A stretch of 64,000 nucleotides of DNA, taken from the IMG/VR virus record IMGVR_UViG_2574180019_000006; one strand, 5' to 3'. This DNA is from a virus. Lineage: Duplodnaviria; Heunggongvirae; Uroviricota; Caudoviricetes. The notes beneath the pieces were generated by a model. That model saw only the letters and a list, made by a program, of their open reading frames with translations. It did no database searches and had not been told where the DNA came from. Positions 49,991 to 59,749 of this stretch are shown here, in pieces (the first letter of the stretch is position 1; every line of letters begins with the position of its first letter). A program made the translations under genes and the position numbers.

Positions 49991-50194
49991 GTGCGTAAAG
50001 GATGTTTCGGCTCTCTTATCGCTGCTTCTGAAACTGGTAAGGCTTGTCTGGTGTGTCCAGACAAGCCCGATTGTCACCAATCAGCAAAAGAAGTTGCGAT
50101 TTCGATGCATGGGAAGTTCGTAGGCTTCCCCAATGACAAAATCAAAAAAACCAGAAAGGTAAAAACACATGAAGGCACTGATGGTTCGAACTGA
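49991..50194 (+). CDS. Small Cys-rich hypothetical protein
   Basis: 67-aa ORF with C..C...C..C-like spacing; overlaps the start of the downstream polymerase gene. Confidence 0.25.
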   Translation: MRKGCFGSLIAASETGKACLVCPDKPDCHQSAKEVAISMHGKFVGFPNDKIKKTRKVKTHEGTDGSN

Positions 50195-52532
50195 CTTCTC
50201 ACTTGGGGAGTCGGCTCTAAAAGCAGAAAACGCGGTGAAGATTGCCAGAGAAGCTGGCTACACCGCTGTAATTTCAGCAGATAGCATGAATATTGCGAGC
50301 GTTATTCCACTACAACGTGCCGCTGGTGACGACATGGCGGTTATTTGTGGTGTGAAACTAAACATTGTTGATGATCCCACATACGAGCACCGGGCTAAAC
50401 TTGCTAAAGAATCTATGAGATGTATGGAATCATTAGAGCGAGGACGTAACTACTCGTTTACCGCTCTAATTAAAAATGAGAAAGGATATCGCGACATCTG
50501 CGAACTAATGACGGCGGCCAACACACGAGAACAGTTCTACTTTGTACCGCGTCTCTCGCTCGAACAGTTGGTTTCTACATATGCCAAAGGCAACATCATC
50601 CTGCTTACTTCCGACATCGGTAGCGTGTTCCAACGCAACGATTTTGCAAAAATCATAAGCACACTGATTACAGCGGGTGGAAAAGACAACTTCTATAGTG
50701 TGGTTTATCCGCACCCTACCCCATTCTACGACCAGATTAACGTCCGGGCGATGAAAGTCGCCAGCGCATTGAAAATAGAGCCAGTGGCGTTCTATCCCGC
50801 TTATTACGAATCGATCGACGATGCAGACATTAAAGACATTGCGCACATGGTTACGAACAACATCAAAATCGACCAGCCGCATCGTCTGCGTATCCCCCAC
50901 CAGCGAGATAACGCCGTCAATGGTCGCCGCCATCTCCTTGAGGCGCTTAAAGCCTTCTCCGTTCGCATGGATGTGCCGGTAACAGCTGCAATGGCCTCAA
51001 CAACGCAGGATACCATTATCGATGCCTGCACATGGCGCTGGCATGAATTGCCGCCAGCACTGCCAAAGATGGCAGACGACGAGCCTGCAACGCTGATGAA
51101 ACTGGCTGTTGCAGGGCTGCGTAAACGTCTTACCACAAAAGAGTTTGGCTACACACCACCTGCTTCTGAGAACAGGGTTTATGTTGAGCGGCTAAAGTAC
51201 GAAATGGACACGCTGACTCGCCTGGGATTCTGTGGTTACTTCCTGATGGTGCGCGATCTGATGAATCATAGTCGTGAAACTGGCATTCCCGTTGGGCCTG
51301 GTCGTGGTTCCTCTGCCGGTTCTCTGGTGGCGTGGTGCATAGGCATAACCAACGTCGACCCAATCCGTCACGGTCTTCTGTTTGAGCGTTTCATCAACCC
51401 TGAGCGTCTCGACTTGCCGGATGCGGACTTGGACTTCAGCCAGGCACGTCGCCATGAGGTGATCGAGTATCTGAATGAACGCTACGGCGAAGATTACGTT
51501 GCAGGCATTCCGAACTTCACCTACCTGGGCGCAGCCTCTGCACTACGTGATACCGCTCGTATTTATGGTGTGGAGTCCGCAGATATGGCGGTATCAAAAG
51601 AACTGAAGAACGTCGAGGATGATAGCCTTCCATTGGAAGAGCTGCGCGAACAACTGGCAAGTCTCGACAAATACGCAACAAAATATCCTGATGCATTCAA
51701 TGCAGCCTGCAAGTTACAAAGCCTTATGCGTGGCTTTGGTAGACATGCGGCAGGGATGATCGTAGCAGGTGTTCCTCTGACAGAACGTACACCGGTTGAG
51801 CGCCGTGGTGACGCGCGTTGTATCGCATTTGACAAGCGTTACTGCGAGGCTATGGGCCTAATTAAGCTGGACGTGCTTGGCCTGGCAACTCTCGATTTGC
51901 TCGATAGTGCAAAACGCTACATAAAAGAGAACACAGGTGAAGATATCAATCTCGACGCTATCCCACTGGACGATCGCAAGGTTCTGGATGGGTTCGCTGC
52001 AGGGTACACGCAGGGCGTATTCCAGCTGGAGTCCGGCCCCATGCGTAAGTTGCTTAAAGATCTGGGCGGTGGCATCGAGCCAATGAGCTTCAAGACCGTT
52101 GTCGCCACGACCGCACTCTTCCGACCAGGCCCGATTCAATCCGGCATGTTGGACGACTATGTCTCCGTGGCCAAAGGCTTCATGGCTCCACATTCCTTAC
52201 ACCCTATGCTGGACGACATCTCTCGCGACACAAACGGTGTTCTGATTTATCAGGAACAGATCATGGCTGCTACGCGAATCTTGGCGGGGTTCTCAATGGC
52301 GGAAGCAGACTCGGTCAGGAAAGCGATCGGGAAAAAAGATATGGAGAAAATGAAATCCATTGGCGGCGACTTCATTAAGCGAGCGGAGGAAGGCTGTGTG
52401 ACAGTGTCACTGGATGACGGTTCTACGAGAAAAATCCATAAAGCAGCACGCCTACTTTGTGCTGATGGTGAGCGTCGCACTTATGCCGAAGCAATGGCAA
52501 TAAATGCCGACATAACGAGCTTCGATATTTGA
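50169..52532 (+). CDS. DNA polymerase III alpha-like (DnaE family), N-terminal fragment
   Basis: 787 aa; polymerase core motifs (GPGRGSSAGSLVAWCIGIT, LDVLGL, FRPGPIQSG, IYQEQIM); ends with a 45-aa non-homologous tail before the stop. Confidence 0.75.
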   Translation: MKALMVRTDFSLGESALKAENAVKIAREAGYTAVISADSMNIASVIPLQRAAGDDMAVICGVKLNIVDDPTYEHRAKLAKESMRCMESLERGRNYSFTALIKNEKGYRDICELMTAANTREQFYFVPRLSLEQLVSTYAKGNIILLTSDIGSVFQRNDFAKIISTLITAGGKDNFYSVVYPHPTPFYDQINVRAMKVASALKIEPVAFYPAYYESIDDADIKDIAHMVTNNIKIDQPHRLRIPHQRDNAVNGRRHLLEALKAFSVRMDVPVTAAMASTTQDTIIDACTWRWHELPPALPKMADDEPATLMKLAVAGLRKRLTTKEFGYTPPASENRVYVERLKYEMDTLTRLGFCGYFLMVRDLMNHSRETGIPVGPGRGSSAGSLVAWCIGITNVDPIRHGLLFERFINPERLDLPDADLDFSQARRHEVIEYLNERYGEDYVAGIPNFTYLGAASALRDTARIYGVESADMAVSKELKNVEDDSLPLEELREQLASLDKYATKYPDAFNAACKLQSLMRGFGRHAAGMIVAGVPLTERTPVERRGDARCIAFDKRYCEAMGLIKLDVLGLATLDLLDSAKRYIKENTGEDINLDAIPLDDRKVLDGFAAGYTQGVFQLESGPMRKLLKDLGGGIEPMSFKTVVATTALFRPGPIQSGMLDDYVSVAKGFMAPHSLHPMLDDISRDTNGVLIYQEQIMAATRILAGFSMAEADSVRKAIGKKDMEKMKSIGGDFIKRAEEGCVTVSLDDGSTRKIHKAARLLCADGERRTYAEAMAINADITSFDI

Positions 52533-52580
52533 GAATTAATTTATAAGATAAGAAAACAATTTGTTTAGTGAGTCTTAGAA

Positions 52581-53315
52581 ATGCCGAGTACGAAGTACAA
52601 AATCACAGAAGAATGGTTACGTCAGCGTTACATGGTTGACCTGATGAGAAAAGAAGACATTGCCGCCGAAGCTGGTTGCAGCAAGGCAAATATTGACCGC
52701 TTATTAGCCAAATGGGGGATCAGGCGCGGAAACGCGCGGATCTCCGCTACCCCAGCCTGGAATCGTGGCAAAAACAAAAATAATGACGAACGTATGAAGC
52801 GACTCTCCGAAGCCCGGACTGGCACTGGCAACCCTATGTATGGGAAAACCTCGTGGAATGCCGGTCTGCGTGCTGATATCGATGAGCGAGTGGCCACCGT
52901 TTCGAAAAAGCTAACCGGCAGAACAATCCGCGCGGAGACGAAGGAAAAGCTGGCGGCTGCCAAACGCGGAAAGATCGGAGAAGAAGCGAACAACTACAAA
53001 GGTGGCATCATCGTAAAAACCAACGGCTACATGATGCAGCTGGTTGGTAACAATGGAGTTTCGCAATACGAATACGTTCATCGGTTGATAGCGAAAGAAC
53101 GTCTCGGTCGGGAGCTACGTGACGATGAACATGTCCACCATATTAACCGCGATACGGTAGATAACGCCCCTGGGAATCTGGTGGCACTTCCAGAAGACGC
53201 CCACATTCGCCTGCATAGCGAAATGCGTGAAAAGGTATGGAGCTGGGAGCGCCAGCGGGACTGGCTGGCCTCCAATGGGTATGAGTTCGTGAAGATTGAT
53301 GAGGTGACTGAATGA
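52581..53315 (+). CDS. HNH homing endonuclease
   Basis: 244 aa; HNH motif EHVHHINRDTVDNAPGNLVALPEDAHIRLH and NUMOD-like repeats; inserted between the two halves of the polymerase gene. Confidence 0.7.
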   Translation: MPSTKYKITEEWLRQRYMVDLMRKEDIAAEAGCSKANIDRLLAKWGIRRGNARISATPAWNRGKNKNNDERMKRLSEARTGTGNPMYGKTSWNAGLRADIDERVATVSKKLTGRTIRAETKEKLAAAKRGKIGEEANNYKGGIIVKTNGYMMQLVGNNGVSQYEYVHRLIAKERLGRELRDDEHVHHINRDTVDNAPGNLVALPEDAHIRLHSEMREKVWSWERQRDWLASNGYEFVKIDEVTE

Positions 53316-54481
53316 AAATTACCAGTGTAGTTGAAGAGAGCAATGGCCTGACGCACGAACGAGCCGAAGAAATCTGGAATATGTTTGAGAAATCCGGCGC
53401 GTATGCCTTCAACAAATCACACTCTGTTGCTTACTCCTTAATCAGTTATCAATCTATGTGGTTGAAAACTCATTATCCCGCGGAGTTCTTCGCTGCTGCT
53501 CTCACTATTCTTGGCGAAGATAAACACCAGGGGCTGGTTAAAGATGCGCTGACCTATGGTATTCGCGTATTGCCACCAGACGTTAACGTGTCATCTAACC
53601 GAATCGAGATCCGCACGCTTGAAGATGGCAGCCAGGTGCTGTATGCGCCCTTCTCTGCTGTGAAAGGGTGTTCTGAGAATGGCTGCCAAGCCATCATGAG
53701 AGCGCGAGAAAAAGTTGGCGGCAAATTCGAGTCACTGGCGCAATTCGAAGAAGCTGTCGAGAAACGTGCCTGTAATAGTCGAGTGCACGAATCACTGCAA
53801 AAAGTAGGTGCGTTTGCATCCATCGAGCCAGGTAGTCTGCCAGCAACTGATCCAGAGCGTCTCCGCGACCAGGCTGAATTGATGGGAAACCTTGTCATAG
53901 ACGCAGTTAAAGCCTCACGTCCGTTTGAGATGAACCCCAAACGTTCGGCTGAGATTAACGTGCTCATGACACGGATGGCGGCTGAAATGGGATTAGGTGA
54001 TGAACTAATCCGCCCTAGCATTGGCATTAAGCCGAAAATCATGATCATTATGGACAATGCAAACGGCAATGATGCTCGAACCGGTTACTTTATGGAGAAC
54101 GGATACGACGATTTTAAGGCCAAGCTGTTGACGGCTGGGGATTTGCGCATGGGCGATCTCTATGTCACAGGCGTTTGCAAAAAGGTGAAAGACAAAGAAA
54201 AGGACTACACCAAAGACGAGATCGGCCAGTTCACCGACTTTATGCGTGAAGAGATCAATCTGGTGCGCCCGACCTATGTGCTGACGTGTGGTAGCCGGGC
54301 AACGGCATTGTTTAACAACAAAAACAAGCCATCCGATTTGGTCGGCAGGAAGGAGTATCTTCCAGACCTTGACGTTACTGTCTTTTACGGGTTTAACCCC
54401 AACATTCTTTACTTCAGACCTGAAGAGGGAGAACGACTAGAAGCGATATTAGCCGACGTAGCAGAAACTATTAAGTCGTGA
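53312..54481 (+). CDS. DNA polymerase III alpha-like (DnaE family), C-terminal fragment
   Basis: 389 aa; begins near the conserved AYAFNKSHS...YQ..WLK.HYPAEF motif that directly follows the region where the N-terminal fragment stops. Confidence 0.7.
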   Translation: MKITSVVEESNGLTHERAEEIWNMFEKSGAYAFNKSHSVAYSLISYQSMWLKTHYPAEFFAAALTILGEDKHQGLVKDALTYGIRVLPPDVNVSSNRIEIRTLEDGSQVLYAPFSAVKGCSENGCQAIMRAREKVGGKFESLAQFEEAVEKRACNSRVHESLQKVGAFASIEPGSLPATDPERLRDQAELMGNLVIDAVKASRPFEMNPKRSAEINVLMTRMAAEMGLGDELIRPSIGIKPKIMIIMDNANGNDARTGYFMENGYDDFKAKLLTAGDLRMGDLYVTGVCKKVKDKEKDYTKDEIGQFTDFMREEINLVRPTYVLTCGSRATALFNNKNKPSDLVGRKEYLPDLDVTVFYGFNPNILYFRPEEGERLEAILADVAETIKS

Positions 54482-54606
54482 TCCAATAAACATGGCCTCT
54501 ATGGCCATGTTTTCTCTTATCCCCTCATATCCCCTATCCTCGAACTCCTTGCCTTATCATCACAATGATATAATCAATATAAGATGATAAGTAAAAAGGA
54601 AAGCAC

Positions 54607-55038
54607 ATGATCACCGATATTTACGAGAAAATAATGTCTGATCTCGAGTTTGACCGAGACAATCTGGAGGAAGTCTGGCGTAGACAACCCCGCCTTTTAA
54701 TGGAGTATGGCTCAAAACTCGCTCATGCAGAAAGAAGTGTCGCAGAGGCAAAACTTAACCTTGAAGCTGTTGAAGCAAAGCTATACGACACAGAGCGTAA
54801 GAACTTGAGTATGAACGGCATTAAGTTCAACGAATCTGTACTGGACGCTAAGGTTAAAACAAACCCACAGTATCTGTCTAAAAGGCAGAAGTTGGATGAA
54901 GCACGGCACATCGCAGACATATACAAACATGCTGTCGCCGCCTTTTCGCATCGCCGAGACATGATCGTTCAGGCGTCAAAGATGGCCATCGTTGAATTAG
55001 AGCGATTAGGCTCTGAACGCTTTATTACTCCCCGTTGA
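54607..55038 (+). CDS. Hypothetical coiled-coil protein
   Basis: 143-aa ORF carrying the conserved leader AAAGGAAAGCACATG. Confidence 0.4.
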   Translation: MITDIYEKIMSDLEFDRDNLEEVWRRQPRLLMEYGSKLAHAERSVAEAKLNLEAVEAKLYDTERKNLSMNGIKFNESVLDAKVKTNPQYLSKRQKLDEARHIADIYKHAVAAFSHRRDMIVQASKMAIVELERLGSERFITPR

Positions 55039-55155
55039 TTTTTGATAGATAATAAGTAAGTACTGATCTATCATTTAACAGCTCGAAAGAGCCACGAATG
55101 AACGAAAGCCCAACGCGCATAGCGCCATCGGCCAAATCACAACAAGGAGAAACAC

Positions 55156-56184
55156 ATGTCTAAGACATTACTTGATTTGCTTAACAAAACTCGTGAAGAC
55201 ATTGCCGCCAAACGTGGTAACAACGTTGATCTGACTCGCTTAAAAGACGGCGTCAACTATATCCGCATCTTCCCGAATAAAGACGACCCAAACGGTAAGT
55301 TCTTCCAGACTTTCGGTATGCACTACGTTAAGTATCAGAACGAGGAAGGTAAAGAAGCAACCAACGCTTATATTTGTGAGCAACATACTCACGGTCGCGC
55401 TTGTCAGCTATGCGAAATGGTGATGGAAGGTCGCGCTCGTCACAAGGGTAACAAAGCAATGGAAGAACGCATCGGTCAAATGCGTGCCACTCCTCGCTAC
55501 CTGGTCAACGGCATTCTTTCTGCTCGTGAGGATTTCGCAGATGCTGAGAAATGCCAGTTAATCGAGCTGCCGTCTACTGTATTCGATGATATCTGCAAAG
55601 CAATCACCGAAGACATCGCTGATGATATCGGCAATCCACTGAGCAAAGAGGAAGGCTACGCATTCCTGATTAAACGTACTGGCTCTGGTCGCGATACCAA
55701 ATATGACGTCTCGCCTAAGCGTAAAGTCTACAAAGGCGATATCGAAGATAAATTCTGGAATACCCAGCATGATCTGATCGCATACGCAAATCAGGCTGAT
55801 GAAACTCGTCTTCTGTCGACAGTTCGCACTATGGGTCGTCTGATTGGCATCGCTGCACCAACTGCCGCAGCATCTGCACCAGCAATTTCCTCAACCGCGA
55901 AAACATCGGCTGCGGCACTACCTGGATTTGGCTCTGTCACTGGTCATACGGAGGGTGCGACTGCTGTAGCTACCGCTCATACCCCAGCTTCTGAACCAAC
56001 CAGTCTGGTTGATGAAGAAATCCTCCGTGCCGTTGAAACTGAATTTAAACCAGAAGCAAGTCCCGCTGCCGTTGCAGTATCAGTCAAAGAGTCTGAAGCA
56101 GTCGCAGCGACATCTGTAGCAGCCGCATCTGCGACGGAAGATGAAGGTCTGGATGACCTACTGAGAGAGCTGGACTCTCTGTAA
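55156..56184 (+). CDS. Single-stranded DNA-binding protein-like (gp32-type, putative)
   Basis: Cys/His cluster CEQHTHGRACQLC, Ala/Ser-rich linker and acidic C-terminal tail EDEGLDDLLRELDSL; in replication module. Family call tentative. Confidence 0.4.
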   Translation: MSKTLLDLLNKTREDIAAKRGNNVDLTRLKDGVNYIRIFPNKDDPNGKFFQTFGMHYVKYQNEEGKEATNAYICEQHTHGRACQLCEMVMEGRARHKGNKAMEERIGQMRATPRYLVNGILSAREDFADAEKCQLIELPSTVFDDICKAITEDIADDIGNPLSKEEGYAFLIKRTGSGRDTKYDVSPKRKVYKGDIEDKFWNTQHDLIAYANQADETRLLSTVRTMGRLIGIAAPTAAASAPAISSTAKTSAAALPGFGSVTGHTEGATAVATAHTPASEPTSLVDEEILRAVETEFKPEASPAAVAVSVKESEAVAATSVAAASATEDEGLDDLLRELDSL

Positions 56185-56200
56185 TCCCATTACGTGACCA

Positions 56201-56230
56201 GTAAGGCGTCTACGGACGCCTTACTTTTTG
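56201..56230 (+). terminator. Rho-independent terminator
   Basis: GTAAGGCGTC-tacg-GACGCCTTAC followed by TTTTT. Confidence 0.7.
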
Positions 56231-56244
56231 GAAGGAATGTACCG

Positions 56245-57189
56245 GTGAATTATCTCTTCGTAGATGGCAATAGCCTGGGTTATTACCACCAGCAATCTGA
56301 CAAATTGCACAACGGCGAAATGGAAGTACAGGCTGCTTTCGGCTTTGTTAAGAACGTCCGTCGTTATGCCTCCATCCTCCATGCCCGACCTATGATTCTT
56401 TGGGATGGATTTAGTGACAAGCGTCGCGACTTTTACCCGGACTACAAAGCAAATCGCGACGACGATCCTGATATGAAAAAGATGAAGGAAGGCTTTGCTA
56501 TCCAGAAGCCATACATCCTCAAAATGATGACCGCGCTTGGAGTTACCCAACTCATTGCAAAAGATGCAGAAGCGGATGATCTGGCCGGGCTGCTGGTAGC
56601 CAGCATTGCACCGCAGCCAATCGTTGAACACATCTATCTGTTAACAGGCGATAGCGACTGGCTTCAGTTAGTTCGCGAAAACGTAAGCTGGGTAAGCCTG
56701 CGCGAAGACGCCAAAAACAAGCAGGTTAATTTTGAGCAATTTGCGGAACTGACAGGATTCGCTACTCCTCGCGCATTTTTGGAAGCAAAAGCATTACAAG
56801 GCGATAAATCGGACAACATTAGCGGTGTTGGTGGCATTGGTGCTGGCGGTGCGAAAGAGCTGCTGCATGAATGGGGAAGTGTCGCAACGATGGTACGCGG
56901 CATCAACGACGGCTCAATCGTGGTTGACAAAGGACGCCATAAGACCGCCTTCAACAAACTAGCGAAGAATGCCTTCAACGAGAAAACAGGCTGTCGAATG
57001 CTCGAAGCGTTCAAGAGAAACATCACGCTAATGAACCTGATTGAGACGAAGTTTCCGCCTACCGAAATCGAAACAATCAAAGGCAATCGTGACGTGAAAG
57101 CATTCGAGCAACTGTGCTACGAGCTGAATTTCCGTTCGTTCCTTGAAGACCTTGAAGTGTTTGTTCTTCCATTCGAAAGGTATTGCTAA
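56245..57189 (+). CDS. 5'-3' exonuclease / flap endonuclease (FEN family)
   Basis: GTG 56245 after RBS GGAAGGA and downstream of the terminator; motifs LFVDGNSL, TGDSDWLQL and H3TH-like region GDKSDNISGVGGIG. Confidence 0.7.
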   Translation: MNYLFVDGNSLGYYHQQSDKLHNGEMEVQAAFGFVKNVRRYASILHARPMILWDGFSDKRRDFYPDYKANRDDDPDMKKMKEGFAIQKPYILKMMTALGVTQLIAKDAEADDLAGLLVASIAPQPIVEHIYLLTGDSDWLQLVRENVSWVSLREDAKNKQVNFEQFAELTGFATPRAFLEAKALQGDKSDNISGVGGIGAGGAKELLHEWGSVATMVRGINDGSIVVDKGRHKTAFNKLAKNAFNEKTGCRMLEAFKRNITLMNLIETKFPPTEIETIKGNRDVKAFEQLCYELNFRSFLEDLEVFVLPFERYC

Positions 57190-57455
57190 TGCTTAAATCG
57201 ATTATTAATGGCGCTACAACCACCCCTGCCCAACTGGCAAAAGAGATTGTCTTTTATCACGGTGAGTACGCTGTCATCGCACTGCCGTCAATTCTAGGCG
57301 CTGCCGGAATGAAAGCGACAGATCGCGAGTTTGGATTAGTCAGCGAGCAGGTCGTAAAAATCCTCGCTCGTGTATCCAGACTCCTTAACCACGATGCGAT
57401 TGTATTCGACGAATCCGCCGCTTTAAAACGAATCAACGAAACAAAAGGAGCCTGA
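57183..57455 (+). CDS. Hypothetical protein
   Basis: 90-aa ORF overlapping the FEN stop. Confidence 0.35.
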   Translation: MLMLKSIINGATTTPAQLAKEIVFYHGEYAVIALPSILGAAGMKATDREFGLVSEQVVKILARVSRLLNHDAIVFDESAALKRINETKGA

Positions 57456-57457
57456 TC

Positions 57458-58531
57458 ATGGCAAAAGGAAAATCCGCACTGGCACTTGCTCTGAAAAAGA
57501 AAATCGGTAGCAACGACGAAATTCAGAAAGTAACTCATTGGATTGATACAGGCTTTCCACCGTTAAACAAAGCTATTTCTGGTCGTTACGATGGCGGCTT
57601 CCCATGTGGTCGTATCGTCGAAGTATTCGGTCCTCCAAGTGCAGGGAAAACGTTCCTTGCAACAGCAGCGATGATCTCCGCTCAAAAACAAGATGGTCTG
57701 GCGGTATTCCTCGATCATGAAAACAGTTTTGACGTTGGCCTGGCTGTAGCCAATGGCCTGAACGCAGATGAGGATGACGGTCAGTGGGTATACAAGCAGC
57801 CTGATACCTTCGAAGACTCTGTAGAGTTGATCGGCACAATTCTTAAATTGGTACGTGATGAAGAGCTTATTCCTGAATCAGCACCTATCTGTATCGTGGC
57901 TGACTCACTTGCGTCTATGGTTCCGAACTCCAAAGCCGAGAAGTTCGAAAAGATGGCTGAAGGCACTGCCAAAGACAAAGATCAGCTAAACATGAACGAC
58001 AATACGGCACTGGCTCGTGCGACAAGTGCGAACTTCCCTACTCTGGCTTTGTGGGCACGCAAATACAACGCCTGCATCATCTTCTTGAATCAGGTTCGCA
58101 CAAAAATCGGTGTAATGTTTGGCGACCCTACTACGTCGCCAGGTGGAGATTCACCGAAGTTCTACGCTTCTGTACGTATCCGTCTTGGTGCATCGGTGAT
58201 GAAGGATGGTAAAGAGAAGATCGGCCAGGACGTAGGCGCAGAATGCATCAAAAACAAAGTTGCACCACCGTATGGCAAATGCACCTGGAAATTCTACTTC
58301 GATCCTACTCGTGGCCTCGACGTTATCGAATCGCTCGTCGAGTACATGCTGGAAGAAGGATACCTGCCAAAGAACGCCAGCGGGCGAGTTGAAATTGGTG
58401 ACAAGAAATACACCAAATCGCAGATCGTCGAGATGTATCGGGAGAAGCCACTGGCTGAAATCATTGCGGCTTTGCAGGCAATCGACGACCGAAGAGCAAA
58501 AGACAACCCCACCGAGTCAGTAGAAGAGTAA
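57458..58531 (+). CDS. RecA-family recombination ATPase
   Basis: Walker A GPPSAGKTF and RecA-like core (VFLDHENSFD, IVADSLASM); 357 aa; RBS AAAGGAG. Confidence 0.65.
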   Translation: MAKGKSALALALKKKIGSNDEIQKVTHWIDTGFPPLNKAISGRYDGGFPCGRIVEVFGPPSAGKTFLATAAMISAQKQDGLAVFLDHENSFDVGLAVANGLNADEDDGQWVYKQPDTFEDSVELIGTILKLVRDEELIPESAPICIVADSLASMVPNSKAEKFEKMAEGTAKDKDQLNMNDNTALARATSANFPTLALWARKYNACIIFLNQVRTKIGVMFGDPTTSPGGDSPKFYASVRIRLGASVMKDGKEKIGQDVGAECIKNKVAPPYGKCTWKFYFDPTRGLDVIESLVEYMLEEGYLPKNASGRVEIGDKKYTKSQIVEMYREKPLAEIIAALQAIDDRRAKDNPTESVEE

Positions 58532-58535
58532 ACAC

Positions 58536-58561
58536 AAGGCGTCCACAGGACGCCTTTTTTA
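58536..58561 (+). terminator. Rho-independent terminator
   Basis: AAGGCGTCC-aca-GGACGCCTT followed by TTTTTT. Confidence 0.7.
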
Positions 58562-58623
58562 TCTCTTGAAAATATATAAGTACTTACTTATTATTTTCGC
58601 ATAACAACCACATAGGAAAACAC

Positions 58624-58824
58624 ATGATCAAAATCTATCTATTGGCAGTAGCCACAGGCGTTTCAGTGGCTCTCATCTACGGTTTACTGGTTCCGTCGCT
58701 GATTTCTACCAAGAGTGATTTAGCCGTCATGTTTGGAGTTATCGTTGGTTTTGGTGCTCCTGTAATCGGTCTTATTGCTGGTCGTAAGTTTATCAACTCA
58801 TTAATCAAAGCAAAGGGGAAATAA
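58624..58824 (+). CDS. Small membrane protein
   Basis: 66 aa with two hydrophobic segments; immediately upstream of the SPFH gene. Confidence 0.4.
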   Translation: MIKIYLLAVATGVSVALIYGLLVPSLISTKSDLAVMFGVIVGFGAPVIGLIAGRKFINSLIKAKGK

Positions 58825-58827
58825 GTA

Positions 58828-59658
58828 ATGAAGAAAGGTTTACTTGCAGTTGCTCTGGCGGCTATTTGCACAATGGGTCTTACTGGCTGTGATCGCGTGG
58901 AGCCTGGATACGTTGGCATCAAAGTAAACAAATTAGGTGAAGACAAAGGGATCGGTGAAGTGGTTGGCGTTGGTCGCCAATGGACAGGTCTTAACACCGA
59001 ACTTTACGTATTCCCGACCTTCAAACAAATGAAGACCTACGACGAACCGTTCACATTCCAGATGAGTGACGGTACTGCTATTGGTCACAAAATTGGCGTT
59101 GCGTATCTGGTTAATCGTGACAAGGTAACGACGGTGTTCCAGACCTATCGCAAAGGCGTAGACGATATCACCGAATCAGATCTGCGTCAGAAAATTGCCG
59201 ACTCTCTAAACCGTTTGGCCAGCCGTATGACCACTGACTCATTTATCGACGGTGGTAAGGCGCAATTGCTGGACAACGCACTGAAAGATATTCAGAAAGA
59301 GATGTCTCCGGTTGGTATTGAGGTACTGAGCCTGTCATGGGTTGGAAAGCCTGATTACCCAAAAACCGTCATTGAATCTATCAACGCCAAAGTAACGGCT
59401 AACCAGCGTACTCTGCAACGTCAGCAGGAAGTTGAACAACGTAAAGCTGAGGCGAATATGCTACGTGAACAGGCTAATGGTGAAGCTGATGCTATCCGTG
59501 CTCGTGCGCAAGCAGAAGCAGACGCCATTCGTCTGCGCGGTGAAGCTCTGCGTCAAAACCCGAACGTTATGGAACTGGAAGCCATCAATAAATGGAATGG
59601 CCAGTTACCGCAGTACATGACTCAAGGGGCTAACACTCCTTTCATTACAGTGAAATAA
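58828..59658 (+). CDS. SPFH/band-7 domain lipoprotein
   Basis: Signal peptide with lipobox LTGC; central SPFH-like region and C-terminal charged coiled coil (QRKAEANMLREQANGEADAIRARAQAEADAIRLRGEA). Confidence 0.6.
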   Translation: MKKGLLAVALAAICTMGLTGCDRVEPGYVGIKVNKLGEDKGIGEVVGVGRQWTGLNTELYVFPTFKQMKTYDEPFTFQMSDGTAIGHKIGVAYLVNRDKVTTVFQTYRKGVDDITESDLRQKIADSLNRLASRMTTDSFIDGGKAQLLDNALKDIQKEMSPVGIEVLSLSWVGKPDYPKTVIESINAKVTANQRTLQRQQEVEQRKAEANMLREQANGEADAIRARAQAEADAIRLRGEALRQNPNVMELEAINKWNGQLPQYMTQGANTPFITVK

Positions 59659-59674
59659 CTCCCCTAAAAAGTTC

Positions 59675-59700
59675 AGGCGTCCAGTTGGACGCCTTTTTTA
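59675..59700 (+). terminator. Rho-independent terminator
   Basis: AGGCGTCC-agtt-GGACGCCT followed by TTTTTT. Confidence 0.7.
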
Positions 59701-59749
59701 TCGCAATTATCTTATTAAGAAAATAATTTGTTTAAAAGGATAAGAAAAC

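Noticed and set aside
52400-53360. Possible intact intein carrying the HNH endonuclease within the polymerase
   Set aside because: The N-fragment ends at a stop codon 48 bp before the HNH start, the C-fragment is in a different frame, and the putative intein remnants (45 aa and about 12 aa) are far too short for a Hint domain. A fractured gene with a free-standing endonuclease is the better reading, though a degraded intein origin is possible.
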